64,000 nucleotides of DNA, taken from positions 108,810,001 to 108,874,000 of the forward strand of contig NC_059427.1 in the NCBI RefSeq assembly GCF_021028975.2, in the 5' to 3' direction. Both the position numbers and the translations under genes were made by a program. Within the stretch, counting starts at the first letter, position 1. Each line of letters starts with the position of its first letter. Source of the stretch: Sphaerodactylus townsendi (lineage: Eukaryota). The notes under the pieces were generated by a model. It searched no databases. It had not been told where the DNA came from and was given only the letters and a program-made list of their open reading frames with translations. This document shows positions 28,120 to 38,365 of this stretch, one piece after another.

Positions 28120-28243
28120 TAGGTCGCGCCCGGGCTGGACTGATCTCCAAGTTGAGGTCGATGCGCCTCCGGGCCTCTCTGTTCTCCTGTTTCAGTTTGG
28201 CCTCCAAGCGGGATAGTTTCTGCTCCAACGAGGACGCCGCCAT
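28120..28243 (-). CDS. MAP2K7: MAP2K7 coding exon 1 (MAASSLEQKLSRLEAKLKQENREARRRIDLNLEISPARARP)
   Basis: ATG at 28243 in AAGATGG context; 124 nt to the A|gtaag donor; MKK7 N-terminus with the D1 site. Confidence 0.97.
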
Positions 28244-28415
28244 CTTCCCCCGCCCCCCCGGAGCCGCTGACGCCGCAGCGCAGCCAGAATACACAAACAC
28301 TTCAGTGCGCAGGCGCTGCATGAACCGTTCAGGCCACCGTATTTCCTCCTCCGTCCTGTTTATCCAATATTGTACTTCTCTCGCCTCACCGCTTTTTCTC
28401 TCACGCATGCGCAGC

Positions 28416-28942
28416 GTTCTGCAACGTTGCCCTCGTAGGATCTACGCCGCAACTGTTCACTACTGCGAGTGCAGCCTGGAGTCTTATCAGTACGCATGCG
28501 CGTATTGCTGGCAAGCCGCGTCCTGAAGTGGTTCACATGAGTCTCTGCGCGGGGTTTGCAGCTGGGCTAGTCCCTGTCTCTGCCTGTGCCGGGAGGGAGA
28601 TCGTTGTGCGCCACAGGTGGTGCGCGGGTTCCCTTGCGGCTCCAGACATTCACGCGGCACTCATTCATTCGAGCCCTTCCTTCCCCGCGGGTTTGGAGCA
28701 GGCAGATCGTTCTTTAGAGGCCAGATTAGGAGCGCCTTTTGCCAGCCTTGGGAAAGTTCTTTGTGCAGCCACTCATGGGAGGCGGCGAGCCCCGCCCCAC
28801 CCGGCTGCGATTCCCTGGCACGGAGAGCTCGGGCTTTCCCACCAAGCGGAGGTTCTACAGCGTTGGCCTCGTAGGATCTACGCCGCAGCTGTTCACTACT
28901 GTGAACACAGCCTGGATTCTTACCAGTACGCATGCGCGCATT
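28416..28942. repeat. ~91-bp direct duplication in the MAP2K7 promoter (28416-28506 and 28852-28942)
   Basis: Both copies read gttct..cgttg.cctcgtaggatctacgccgca.ctgttcactactg...cagcctgga.tctta.cagtacgcatgcgcg. Confidence 0.9.
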
Positions 28943-29250
28943 TACTAACGCGTGATAGGTGAGACGGTGGGGCGTGGCCGTGGTTAGCAGATACTGAAAC
29001 TGAAATATTCCATAACGCCGGATAAACCTCTCAAGAGCGAATAAACCGGCTTGTCACGGGAGCCATCCAAAATGAATCCGCTTCCACGAAAGGAGCTAGT
29101 CGGCAGTCAAATCGTCTGAACGCTCCACCACGGCAGAAGAAGCCGAACTTTTTAAACCCTTTGTACAATTAAAACTGGACAGGTTGTTCAGCTCCTCCCC
29201 AATACACTTTATGGAAGGTGGAGCCAGAAAAAATATTTTATGGTGTAGAT

Positions 29251-29578
29251 CAGTGTTTCCCAACCTTTTCGAGGTCAGGGTACCCTTGACCTCACTCTTC
29301 ATATCTCACGGTACCCCTGCCACCACCCTCCACCTTCCCCTCCCATTGCCCCTGCTTGCCACACACCCCACCTTCCCCTCCCAGGGTGAAGGGTAGAACT
29401 GGGGGGGGGGGGGTGGCTGCTGACCTTGTGGCAGGCTTTGCCCCATGCTCCATGTCCTTGCTGGCACCGGTGGGAGACACCACAAAAATGAGGGGGGTGG
29501 TGGTAGTGTTGCCATGGTACCCCTGGGACATTCTCACGGCACCCCAGGGTACCAGGGAACCCTGGTTGAGAATGGCTG
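29251..29578. mobile_element. hAT (Charlie-like) MITE
   Basis: CAGTGTTTCCCAACC / GGTTGAGAATGGCTG termini; 8-bp TSD GTGTAGAT. Confidence 0.85.
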
Positions 29579-30654
29579 GTGTAGATGTTGTTTATTAATT
29601 ATATGGATCGGAATTGTTGGCGTCAAGAATGTAGTAGATCCTTGGCTGAATTTTTGTGTAAGGTATCTGCCAATTTTCCTGGACTTTGTTTTTAATCTCT
29701 TAATAAAAGTTAAATAAATAACTTCAATTTTAAAACAAAATTCTCCACCTCTATATTGATCAATTCCAGATATGCCTACCTTCTAAAATGCTTGCTGCAC
29801 TTTCAAATAACAGCAGAGTGTTTTCACACATTTGACAGATTTACAGAGCACCAAGTCACCTCAATTGACAGATAGAGAAATTCCCACCCCACCCCCACTG
29901 GGATTTCTCTGCAGCCTGAAGCTATTTATTTCGTCTTTCTCTTTAAACTACCCCACCCCCACTTTGCAGCTTGTAGGGGAATACTCGAAAAGGTACTCAC
30001 ACACCCCCTCCAACTGATAGTGGGAACGTGGGAATCAACCAGGGATAGTGAATTATCCTTGAGGTAGACAAGCAACTTTTTATTTGCTACCTGAGGAGTA
30101 GTCTGACTCAGCTGGAAAATCAGAGTTCAGTGTCTCAAACACTCAAAAATGAAAAGGTGTACAGTATAATGGTGAGAGCATGAGACCAGGTTTGAATTCA
30201 AATCATCACTTGGCCATGAAGCTCCTGCCTGTCTCACTAGGCTTTTATGAGAATGGAGTGCATTACAGACATTCAGTTCACACATACAAGGGGAGCCCAG
30301 CTCCTCCATTGTGGAAAGGTGCAGTCAGCAGCAACCTCCTTGCTTGGAAAGGATGCATTCTGGTTTGTCAAGAGCCGGCTTCACTGTTGCTCAGTTCTGT
30401 GCAGTTGGAGGAGTGTGGTGAGCAGGCTCAGTCCAAGAGATCTTGGAGTTAAAGGATGCAAAGGAAGACTTTGCCTGCCGGTCCTTCTGATCAGAAGGTG
30501 CTTTAGCACCCTCCTGCACTGCTTCTGGGTCCTTCTGGACTTTGGAGGCCCCCAGAAGCTGGCCTTGCGCTATTACTGCTGCAGAGAGCTGGGTCCAAAT
30601 GAGGGATCCATCCCCCAGATGGAGAGGTGGCCCCTCCCCGGAGTTTCACAGGCC

Positions 30655-31040
30655 TCCAGTTGTTGCCTTGTCCACCTTCTGGGCCATGAAATTGTCTGCA
30701 AGGCAAGTGAGGAATTTGTTGGCCCCTATAGCCTTGGCAGAGCTTGACTTCCAACAAATATCAGACAATTAAAATCTCTCATTACTACTATATAAGAACA
30801 TAAGAAAGAGCCTTGCTGGATCAGACCAGATTCCATCTAGTCCAGCACTCTGCCACTCACAGTGGCCCACCAGATGCCCCCCGGGAGCTCACATGCAGGA
30901 TGTGAAAGCAATGGTCCTCTGCTGCTGCTGCTCCTGAGCACCTGGTCTGCTAAGGCATTTGCAATCTCAGATCAAGAAGGATCAAGATTGGTAGCCATAG
31001 ATCTACTTCTCCTCCATAAATCTGTCCAAGTCCATTTTAA
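30655..31040 (-). mobile_element. CR1 LINE fragments (endonuclease piece and 3' end); another at ~32275-32780
   Basis: Minus frame DICWKSSSAK...NKFLTCLADNF; ataagaacataagaa tail repeat. Confidence 0.65.
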
Positions 31041-31337
31041 AGCTCACATCACTCCTTTGTGAAGGTTTGGTCATCTGTTCCAGGAAGGACCCTATGCTAA
31101 AAGAGTATAGAATGCTTACTAAGCCAATTCACTCAGCTCTGGCCCCTACCGTGGGAATGTTGTATCAGCAGCAGGGTTATACTTACATGGCATCAACCAG
31201 CACAATCTCAGTGTTACATCAGTGTACCTCCAAGGTACACCAAATAAGCAGTTACTTGCCATGTCACTAGCAGACCCTTAGGACTATGCTTCAACTATGA
31301 TAACTTTTGATAAAATAGTCAATGACATCCTTTAGAT

Positions 31338-31522
31338 CAGTGGTTCTCAACCTGGGGGGCGGGACCCCTTTGGGGGTCGAACAACCCTTTCACAGGGGTC
31401 GCCTAAGACTCTTTGCATCAGTGTTCTCCATCTGTAAAACGGATAAATATTAGGGTTGGGGGTCACCACAACATGAGGAACTGTATTTAAGGGTCGCGCA
31501 TCAGGAAAGTTGAGAACCACTG
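31338..31522. mobile_element. SPIN/URR1-type hAT MITE
   Basis: TIR CAGTGGTTCTCAAC; 8-bp TSD CTTTAGAT; internal gggtcaccacaacatgaggaactgtatt matches recalled URR1/SPIN_NA sequence. Confidence 0.85.
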
Positions 31523-31958
31523 CTTTAGATTATTGTAGGTACTTGGGACAAGACAGTCAGGCTGAACAAAAATCTCATAGCAACAGCAGCCAGATATATT
31601 AGAAAAGAACTTCAGTTATGCAGATACATGGAACTTTACCCATAAAAGTATTTCCAGTAATTAATCAGAATACAATCTGTATAGAGGAAGATCAGTTTTC
31701 CCAGTTTGAAGATGGCTGTAATGTTGCAGCCAGTCATGCAATACCTGTTACTGATGATGCTGATATAGTAATACATTTTAATGCTTTTTCTGCATCAGGC
31801 TGTAGGGAACCCCTGTAATGTATGCTTTAAAAAGAACCGGAAGGCCTCAGATTTCATGCATGTCATAAACCTCTCTAGGCTGTGTCTATATGGATGTGCC
31901 ATTTACATGCACATGCATGATATATGCAGTCATAAAAAGCCAAGATGTATGCAGACAT

Positions 31959-32263
31959 GAAGAAGAAGAAGGAGGAGGAGGAGGAGGAGGAGGAGGAGGA
32001 GGAGGGAGGAGTTTTGGTTACCCCCTTTCTCTCCTGCAGGAGGCTCAAGGGGCTTACAATCTCCTTGCCCTTCCCCCCTCACAACAAACACCCTGTGAGG
32101 TAGGTGGGGCTGAGAGAGCTCCGAGAAGCTGTGACTAACCCAAGGTCACCCAGCTGGCGTGTGTGGGAGTGTACAGGCTAATCCTGAATTCCTCACGCGG
32201 CAGAGCTGGGAATCAAACCTGGTTCCTCCAGATTAGATACAGGAGCTCTTAACCTCCTACGCT
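31959..32263 (-). mobile_element. tRNA-derived SINE with (GAA/GGA)n microsatellite tail
   Basis: Closely similar to 41751-42020; B box GGTTTGATTCC. Confidence 0.8.
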
Positions 32264-33167
32264 ACGAGGTATCAGAGCATAAGAAGAGCCCCGCTACATC
32301 AGATCAGTGGTCCATATACTCCAGTATCTTGCTTAGCACAATGGCAAAGCAGTTGTCCTACAGGGCCAACAAACATACCATGGAGGCTATATCCTTCTCC
32401 TGGTGCAGCCTCCTGGCACTGGAATTGAGGTTTGCTGCCTCTGGAAGTTCTCTTTACTCACTAAGGTTAGTAGACATTTATATAGGAACATTTTTCAAAT
32501 ATTTCATTTGGTTTTTGAACATATTCTCCATGAACTGTCTAATCCCTTTGTAAAGCTATTTGTTCTTGTGGCCATCACTATATGCATTGGCAGTGAATTC
32601 TAACGTTTCATCACTCATTGAGTAAGGGAATGTTTTCTTATGTCTGGAACCTACTGCTCATCAACTTCAATAGGTTCCCCCAAGTTCTAGTATTAGGGGA
32701 TAAAGAGAAAAAGGTCTCTCTTTTTACTTTCTTCATCCTATGAATAATTTTATAAACGTCTATAGTTCCCTTTAGTTGCCATTTTTCTTTTTAAAAACTG
32801 TTAATAATTTTATAATTCCATCACATAACCATACATTAACAAAGTATAATAGGGAAAAAATCAACTAAAACCTCATGGGTAAAAAACAAACCTCTGGGTA
32901 TGGGTGAATAATCATTTTAAAAACATACAACTTTATCCTCTGGGACAGTGGGCAGGTGAAGCTATTTAACTTTGAACTCGTTATTGAATTCTTACATATG
33001 CAGCCTAGGAACGTTTTTCAAATGTTTTGTTTGGGTTTGAAAAGTGGATTATTTTGATGTGTTTCCAGTACTTGAAGAGCTACCTGAGATCCAAAGATGA
33101 AAGGGCAAAGATCTGGCAGTTTTTAACTGAAAACTTGGCCTGGAGAAAATGTTATATTTTACATCAT

Positions 33168-33173
33168 TTTATT
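33168..33173 (-). terminator. Candidate polyadenylation signal (AATAAA) for the LRRC8D-like gene
   Basis: Nearest minus-strand AATAAA I found downstream of the relic; position only. Confidence 0.3.
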
Positions 33174-33659
33174 GGTAAATTGCTTGTGTATATACTTTGA
33201 AAAGGGGGCAAAAAAAGTTAAGTTATTGGTTGATATTTCTGCTAAACCATAGTCACAATCACAATCTGTTAGCTGAAGTTTGAAGCGGGACCCCAATGGT
33301 TATATTAGCTTCTGTGCCGTATACAAAATGGCAGTCTTTTACAGCTAAGGCTGCAAACTCTGGGTTGAGACATTCCTGGAGGTTTGATGGGGAGGAGGGG
33401 ATTGAGGAAGAGAGGGACGTCAGCAGGGTAGAATTCTATGGAGTCCACCCTCCAAAGCAGCCATTTTCTCCAGAGAAACTAACCTTAATTGTAATCTAGA
33501 AATGAATTGTAAATTCAAGGACATCCCCAAGCCTCACCTGGAGGCAGACAACCTTACAGCTCATGTGATTTGCAAATGAGTCTCTAAGATACATGATTAA
33601 AATGTCTCAGTGTCTCAGTTACTCTGTCTCCTAGTGAGAGAAGTGAAAGTTTTACACAC

Positions 33660-34464
33660 AGCTGACATCAGAGGGAATGTTTTTCATGTGAGATGGCTGT
33701 GTGTATAACAGTCTTCTCAGCAATTAGTCTACTCATCTTCAATAGAGTGCACAGGCCTTTTCTGTAAGAGGGGAGGGGGACCTGTTGGTTTTCTTGTGCC
33801 CCAGACAGATGAATCGAAGTCTTGATTACTGGTGGAACAGCAATCTAACAATTGCCCTTAGCAACAAGAGTTTTTCTCCAATCAATCAAGGATCTGTGGA
33901 GTGAGCCACAGGTGCTATTGTTTTGCTCACAGAACCACATAGACACTTTAATTGTCCAGATGGTAGAGGGATAAAGTACAGGAAATTAAGATGCGGATAG
34001 GGATTTTATAATTTCCTTAAGGTGAAAAAAGCATTGAGAAGGATTTGCATCTTGCTGTGAAATAAAAGAGGACCTAAGGACCAAGTCAGCTGATTATCTC
34101 CTCAGGACTCAGTGCTGTGCTAGAAATTTGGTGACTTCATTTTGATCTGAGACTGCCAGTTCTAAAAGCATCAAGAATCTTGTCTAAGGGGCTGAAGACT
34201 ACTATTTGTGCAGGATCTCTGGTCTTTCATCTTGCAGGAGTTGCCAGAGAGATTCAGCTAGTAATGTTAGAAAATGTGATATGGCACATACTGGACCCTT
34301 TTCTGAAAGCATAGCTGGTTAATAGGCTCCACCTTGACCAATGAACATTGCTAAAGGTGTTGCTTAGTTAGTGCTCTCATATCACTGGTAGCTTTCATTC
34401 TGGGATCATTTCAAGCTTCGATACTTCTACTTTCAGAAGAAGCTCTCTTACCATAGAGGTACAA
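33660..34464 (-). pseudogene. Decayed LRR-coding remnant of the LRRC8D-like gene (presumably now 3' UTR)
   Basis: Manual translation across frames: KLEMIPE*KLP, MRALTKQHL*QCSLVKVEP, LNLSGN, SLQPLR, EEIIS, FFTLRKL*, IPLPSGQL, KGNC*, NIPSDV; colinear with LRRC8 LRRs. Confidence 0.85.
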
Positions 34465-35604
34465 CTATGTCTGCTGCTGCAACTTATCGTCAAGACTACA
34501 ATTCAGCAGGCCACTCTCTCTTATAGCAGAGAGAAAGATAGTAAACCGCCATGAATACAATTGGTCACACTGATCAGCCATATGAAGCAAGAAAGCAAAA
34601 TCATTATACACATCTGGAATGTTACAAATATCTCTCTTCTCTTGCACTTGTTTAAAGGAATACTTCTGCAGTGGCTGCAACATTAGCCACAAAAGTGGGC
34701 AAGTTCCCACCACTCCATAGAGGACTACCAAGAATAGGTAAGTAGCCATCAGCTTTTGCAGAATAAAAGCCAAGCTGTGGGTACAGAGAAAAGTAGAGTA
34801 GCCAGTGAGGTTTTCTGTTTCTGGCCAGCAAATATGCTTGAATGAGACGGCACCTACAAAGATGGAGGTATAGCACAGCACAGTTAGGATCTCTGCAACT
34901 TTGAAAATTGTCTGTCCAGTATAGACCATGTAAATCAAGTTAGCACTTTCAGTATGTGTCCTAAATCTGCATATTTTTTCAAAGAGTGCCCGTGCCTGTT
35001 CTCTGTCCTTCCAGTCTAGAATAGGAGAGAATGAAGGAGAAATGAATTGTTCTTGACACATCCCAATATCAAAGGGTTTCGACAGGCCAAGGAATTGCTG
35101 GCTGGCCATTTCTGAGAGAGCTTTAGTAGTCCAAGGTGACTCAAAGCATTTCCTGAGGATGGACAAGAAGTGTTCAATCTTTGATGAGGTTTTAGGATAC
35201 CTGAACCAGAAGTTATTACTTGCCATTAAGAGCAGTGAGTTGATAAGTGTCAGGTAAGGAAAATACTTGGAGAACCAAGGCAATGCTTTCTGATAGCAGA
35301 TATGACTAATGTACAAATACTGCTGGTAGTCAAGGTTGACTGAGCGGCCACTGTTTACGGCAGAAAATTCACCACTGGTAGCATGATCTGTAGTTTCAGG
35401 GATAGTCAGAGGAGCGATGGTTTCATTTGGCTTGTTATTCAGTGGCAAGCAGGTCATCTGATCAACAGATATTAACAGAGTGCCTGAGAGAAGAGAGACC
35501 ATCAACATCAGTAGCACAAAGAAGTCCATTAGGACATCCCACCAAGGCTTTAGAGTCTGGAACCGGCTGACATTGAAGAAGGTCACTTCTGTCAAGGTAA
35601 ACAT
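34465..35604 (-). CDS. LRRC8D-like paralog, transmembrane (pannexin-like) domain only, 379 aa, no LRR domain
   Basis: [62 protein letters not shown]: LRRC8 family with LRRC8D-type residues. Intact polypyrimidine tract/AG acceptor 2 nt before the ATG. Confidence 0.85.
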   Translation of the reverse strand: MFTLTEVTFFNVSRFQTLKPWWDVLMDFFVLLMLMVSLLSGTLLISVDQMTCLPLNNKPNETIAPLTIPETTDHATSGEFSAVNSGRSVNLDYQQYLYISHICYQKALPWFSKYFPYLTLINSLLLMASNNFWFRYPKTSSKIEHFLSILRKCFESPWTTKALSEMASQQFLGLSKPFDIGMCQEQFISPSFSPILDWKDREQARALFEKICRFRTHTESANLIYMVYTGQTIFKVAEILTVLCYTSIFVGAVSFKHICWPETENLTGYSTFLCTHSLAFILQKLMATYLFLVVLYGVVGTCPLLWLMLQPLQKYSFKQVQEKRDICNIPDVYNDFAFLLHMADQCDQLYSWRFTIFLSAIRESGLLNCSLDDKLQQQT

Positions 35605-35947
35605 AGCTAGGAAAAAAAGAAAAAATAGAGGTCAGTAAAATCATTGGCTGTTGCATGGTGAAGCTAATGGAATAATTGGTGGTTCTACCTTTGAACCTGA
35701 GAGTTGTTCAGAGAGAGAGGTCTGCAGCAAATAAAAAACCAGAATTCTAAAACATTGTTCAGAGTCTTAGGAATAAGTTGAGCAGATACTAGAAAGGCGT
35801 TTTTTCCCCTCAACTTTCTCGTTACAAATGAATACATGCTCCATTCTTTCAGGAGAATAGTTGAGGAAAATAGATGAAGAGGAACAGGAGAGATCCACTT
35901 TCTTATTCATACGCAAAGGCTCATTCAGGAGGTCTGACTGTTGGTTG

Positions 35948-36410
35948 TGTAGTCATGACCGCGAGGTCAGCGCAAGAACGAGACGAGACGCGGTGATAAC
36001 ATCTGGTGGAGAGCGCCAGCAGCGGGAGCGCGGGTGTCCGTGTTCCTAGCGACTCTGCCGCGTGCTGGTTCCTGGCACCTTTTATTATGATTCTAGCGGG
36101 GGCGTGTAGAAGGGCGGAACGGGGGGGAAATCCGGGAGAGCGGGAGACTGAGAGATCATCATGTGATGCATGATCTCACCTGGCTGCTACGTGCGGAGAG
36201 GAGCATCAGCGTCTGGGCCTAATCCTCACCTGGGGGCAAGACCATTGTCCCTTTGTCTGGGACGCCCGGTGGTTGTGAGCCAGGTGGTTCATGACCCGTG
36301 ACTCATCGGGGGGTGAGGAGTGGGGGAGCGGCGCGACCAGAAGACCGTAGGAGCACCGGTGTGCCAGCGCTCTACTTACGGCGCTGCTGGGTCAGCAGCT
36401 CATCCCTACA
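35948..36410 (-). mobile_element. Solo LTR (463 bp)
   Basis: TGTAG...CTACA ends; 5-bp TSD GGTTG; minus-strand AATAAAAGG; CpGs retained. Confidence 0.85.
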
Positions 36411-37791
36411 GGTTGTCCAACAGAAAACCTGTCCCATCCAGTTTTGGGAGAACAAGTGTCATTTCCAGCTTTTGTTATCACAGAATGAGGATACAGAATA
36501 TCTTTATTCACTGAGCTGCAAGGTTCTATTTATTTGGATAGGGTTGTCATGGAATCTAATGAAAATCAGGCAGAGTATGTAGAATGTATGCATTGTTATA
36601 GGTCTTGTTTCCTTATTTTACATAAATCAGCTTGCATTAGTTATGTCATATTAAGTCTCCTTATAATTTTCTGCAACAAATCCAGTCAGGCGTTTTTCCA
36701 TCTCACTCTCCTAATTTGCAGTTAGTGTCCTTGAGAAATGTATTCAGCTAGCATAAACTCAAAGATACACAAGTCACACTGGCATATGTAAAAACTATTT
36801 TCTAAACTGAAATCTGAACAAACTATTACTGTCAATCCTTGACCTGTTCCAGAATTTTGTCTGTGTGATGGACATTGCATGCAGTTTTGCTCCATTCTAA
36901 GCTTATTGATTTTAGTGGGTTTTGACAGGAGAAAATCCAGCGTAAGCTTTTGTGAACGGAAGCCCACTTAGGTAAAGCAAACATTCAGTCTATAGACTCA
37001 AAATGGATTGATGTAATTGTGTGAAGAAGCCATATCTGAAGAGGGGGCAGTTTGTTCCTCCAATTCTATTTATATCATGCTCCCAGGGTCCCCAATACAT
37101 CTAAAACGTATTTGTCCAGTTAGCAATAGAAAGACAAAATATACTTTAAAAGTTGTACTTCTGTCTTAAAGTTACATCACAGAGATGCTAACCAAGTCCA
37201 AGTTGATCAGGACATGTATATTTGTCTCAATGGAGCAAACAACATTTAATAAGGGCCATTGCAGATCAGGGAAAGAGCAAAGTTCTTGTGCAACAGTTAT
37301 GATCCAATTGGGGCTTTGCATAACTTTTTAAAAATTTGCAAGGAGCTCATTCAAAAATTCCCAGTTTCTGGAGTATTTTATTCTTGTGCTAGGAGTGTTT
37401 AGATGACTATAAAAACACTCCCATATCTCATAGGCTTTTCTTATAAGATCCCTATAGTGAAAGGAGGCAGAGAGATAAAAAATGGCCCAGTTCCAGATCG
37501 AACATAATATACTGGGGCAGATATAAACTGAGAGTGGGGAAAAGTCTTGTTGCCATGAGCTTCCACTGAGTAGATAAATGCCCAGATGAACAGTGGAGAA
37601 ATGGATAGATTAAGTTATTTGTTCCTCCTTCCTGTTATGAGAGGAGTTGAATCCCAGTCATTGTAATGGCAGCCTAAAGCTTTAGTCCCAGTTCTCTTTC
37701 TGCCATGGCCAACTTCAGAACACAAGTCTAACTCAGCTACTGGTATATAAGTAGAGATATGCTTTTTTCCCTTGTTTGCCATCAACTAGCT

Positions 37792-38365
37792 CAGTGGTGG
37801 GATTCAGCAGTGTAGTCGTACCCACGAGGTCCCAGGGAAGAGACAACACGCGGAGATTTCATCTGGTGGAGAGAGCCAGCGAGCAGGAAGTGTGGGATCC
37901 CGTGATCCTGGCAACTCTGCCGTGCGCTCGCCCCTCACACCTTTTATTAGGGTTTCAACGGGGGCGTGTAAAGGGGTCGGGCAGGCGGGAGAACGGGAGG
38001 TCGGGAGATCAGGAGATCATCATGTGATGCATGATCTCATCGGGCTGCTACGTGCGGGAGGAAGCATCCGTGTCTGGGTCTAATCTTCACCTGAGGGCAG
38101 GAGCCCTTTTGTCCTTTTGTATGGGACACCTGGTGACCGCGAGTCAGGCAGTTCATGACCCGTGACTCATGGGGGAGCGGGGGTTGGGGGAGCGTATGCG
38201 CCCGGAAGGCCGTAGCTGGCACCGGCATGCCTGGCGCTCCTTCTACGGTTCTGCCGGGTTCGCGGGCTCACCCCTACAAGCAGGTTCGCACCACTTCGGC
38301 AGAACTGGTTGTTAAAATGGTGCTTGTAAACAACCAGTTGTTAAATTATTTGAATCCCACCACTG
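37792..38365. mobile_element. ~100-bp hAT MITE (CAGTGGTGGGATTC TIR) split by the LTR; other copies at 38558-38693 and 52509-52609
   Basis: 8-bp TSDs AACTAGCT/AACTAGCC, CCAATTCC and (C/T)TGATGTC respectively. Confidence 0.85.
37811..38278 (-). mobile_element. Solo LTR (468 bp) of the same family, nested in a hAT MITE
   Basis: TGTAG...CTACA; 5-bp TSD AGCAG; homologous to 35948-36410. Confidence 0.85.

Larger units (their letters stand above)
28050..29150 (-). promoter_or_regulatory. MAP2K7 CpG-island promoter with several NRF1-like motifs and a YY1 motif over the start codon
   Basis: High CpG density; CGCATGCGC at ~28404, ~28493 and ~28929; TGCGCAGGCGC at ~28306; AAGATGGCGGCG (minus) at 28235-28246. 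Confidence 0.8.

Noticed and set aside
28244-28408. In-frame upstream extension of MAP2K7 (MRERKSGEARE...)
   Set aside because: Runs through promoter motifs and shows no MKK7 similarity; the conserved start is MAASS at 28243
27801-28962. Long plus-strand ORFs (241 aa, 144 aa) over the MAP2K7 promoter
   Set aside because: Antisense/GC-rich artefacts; their shared peptide only reflects the 91-bp duplication
34465-35604. Calling this gene true LRRC8D or a processed retrocopy
   Set aside because: Too diverged, wrong synteny, retains an intronic acceptor, no polyA/TSD; gene symbol left blank
35948-38278. The two LTRs as ends of a single retroelement
   Set aside because: Each has its own 5-bp TSD, they are visibly diverged, and I see no gag/pol or PBS between them
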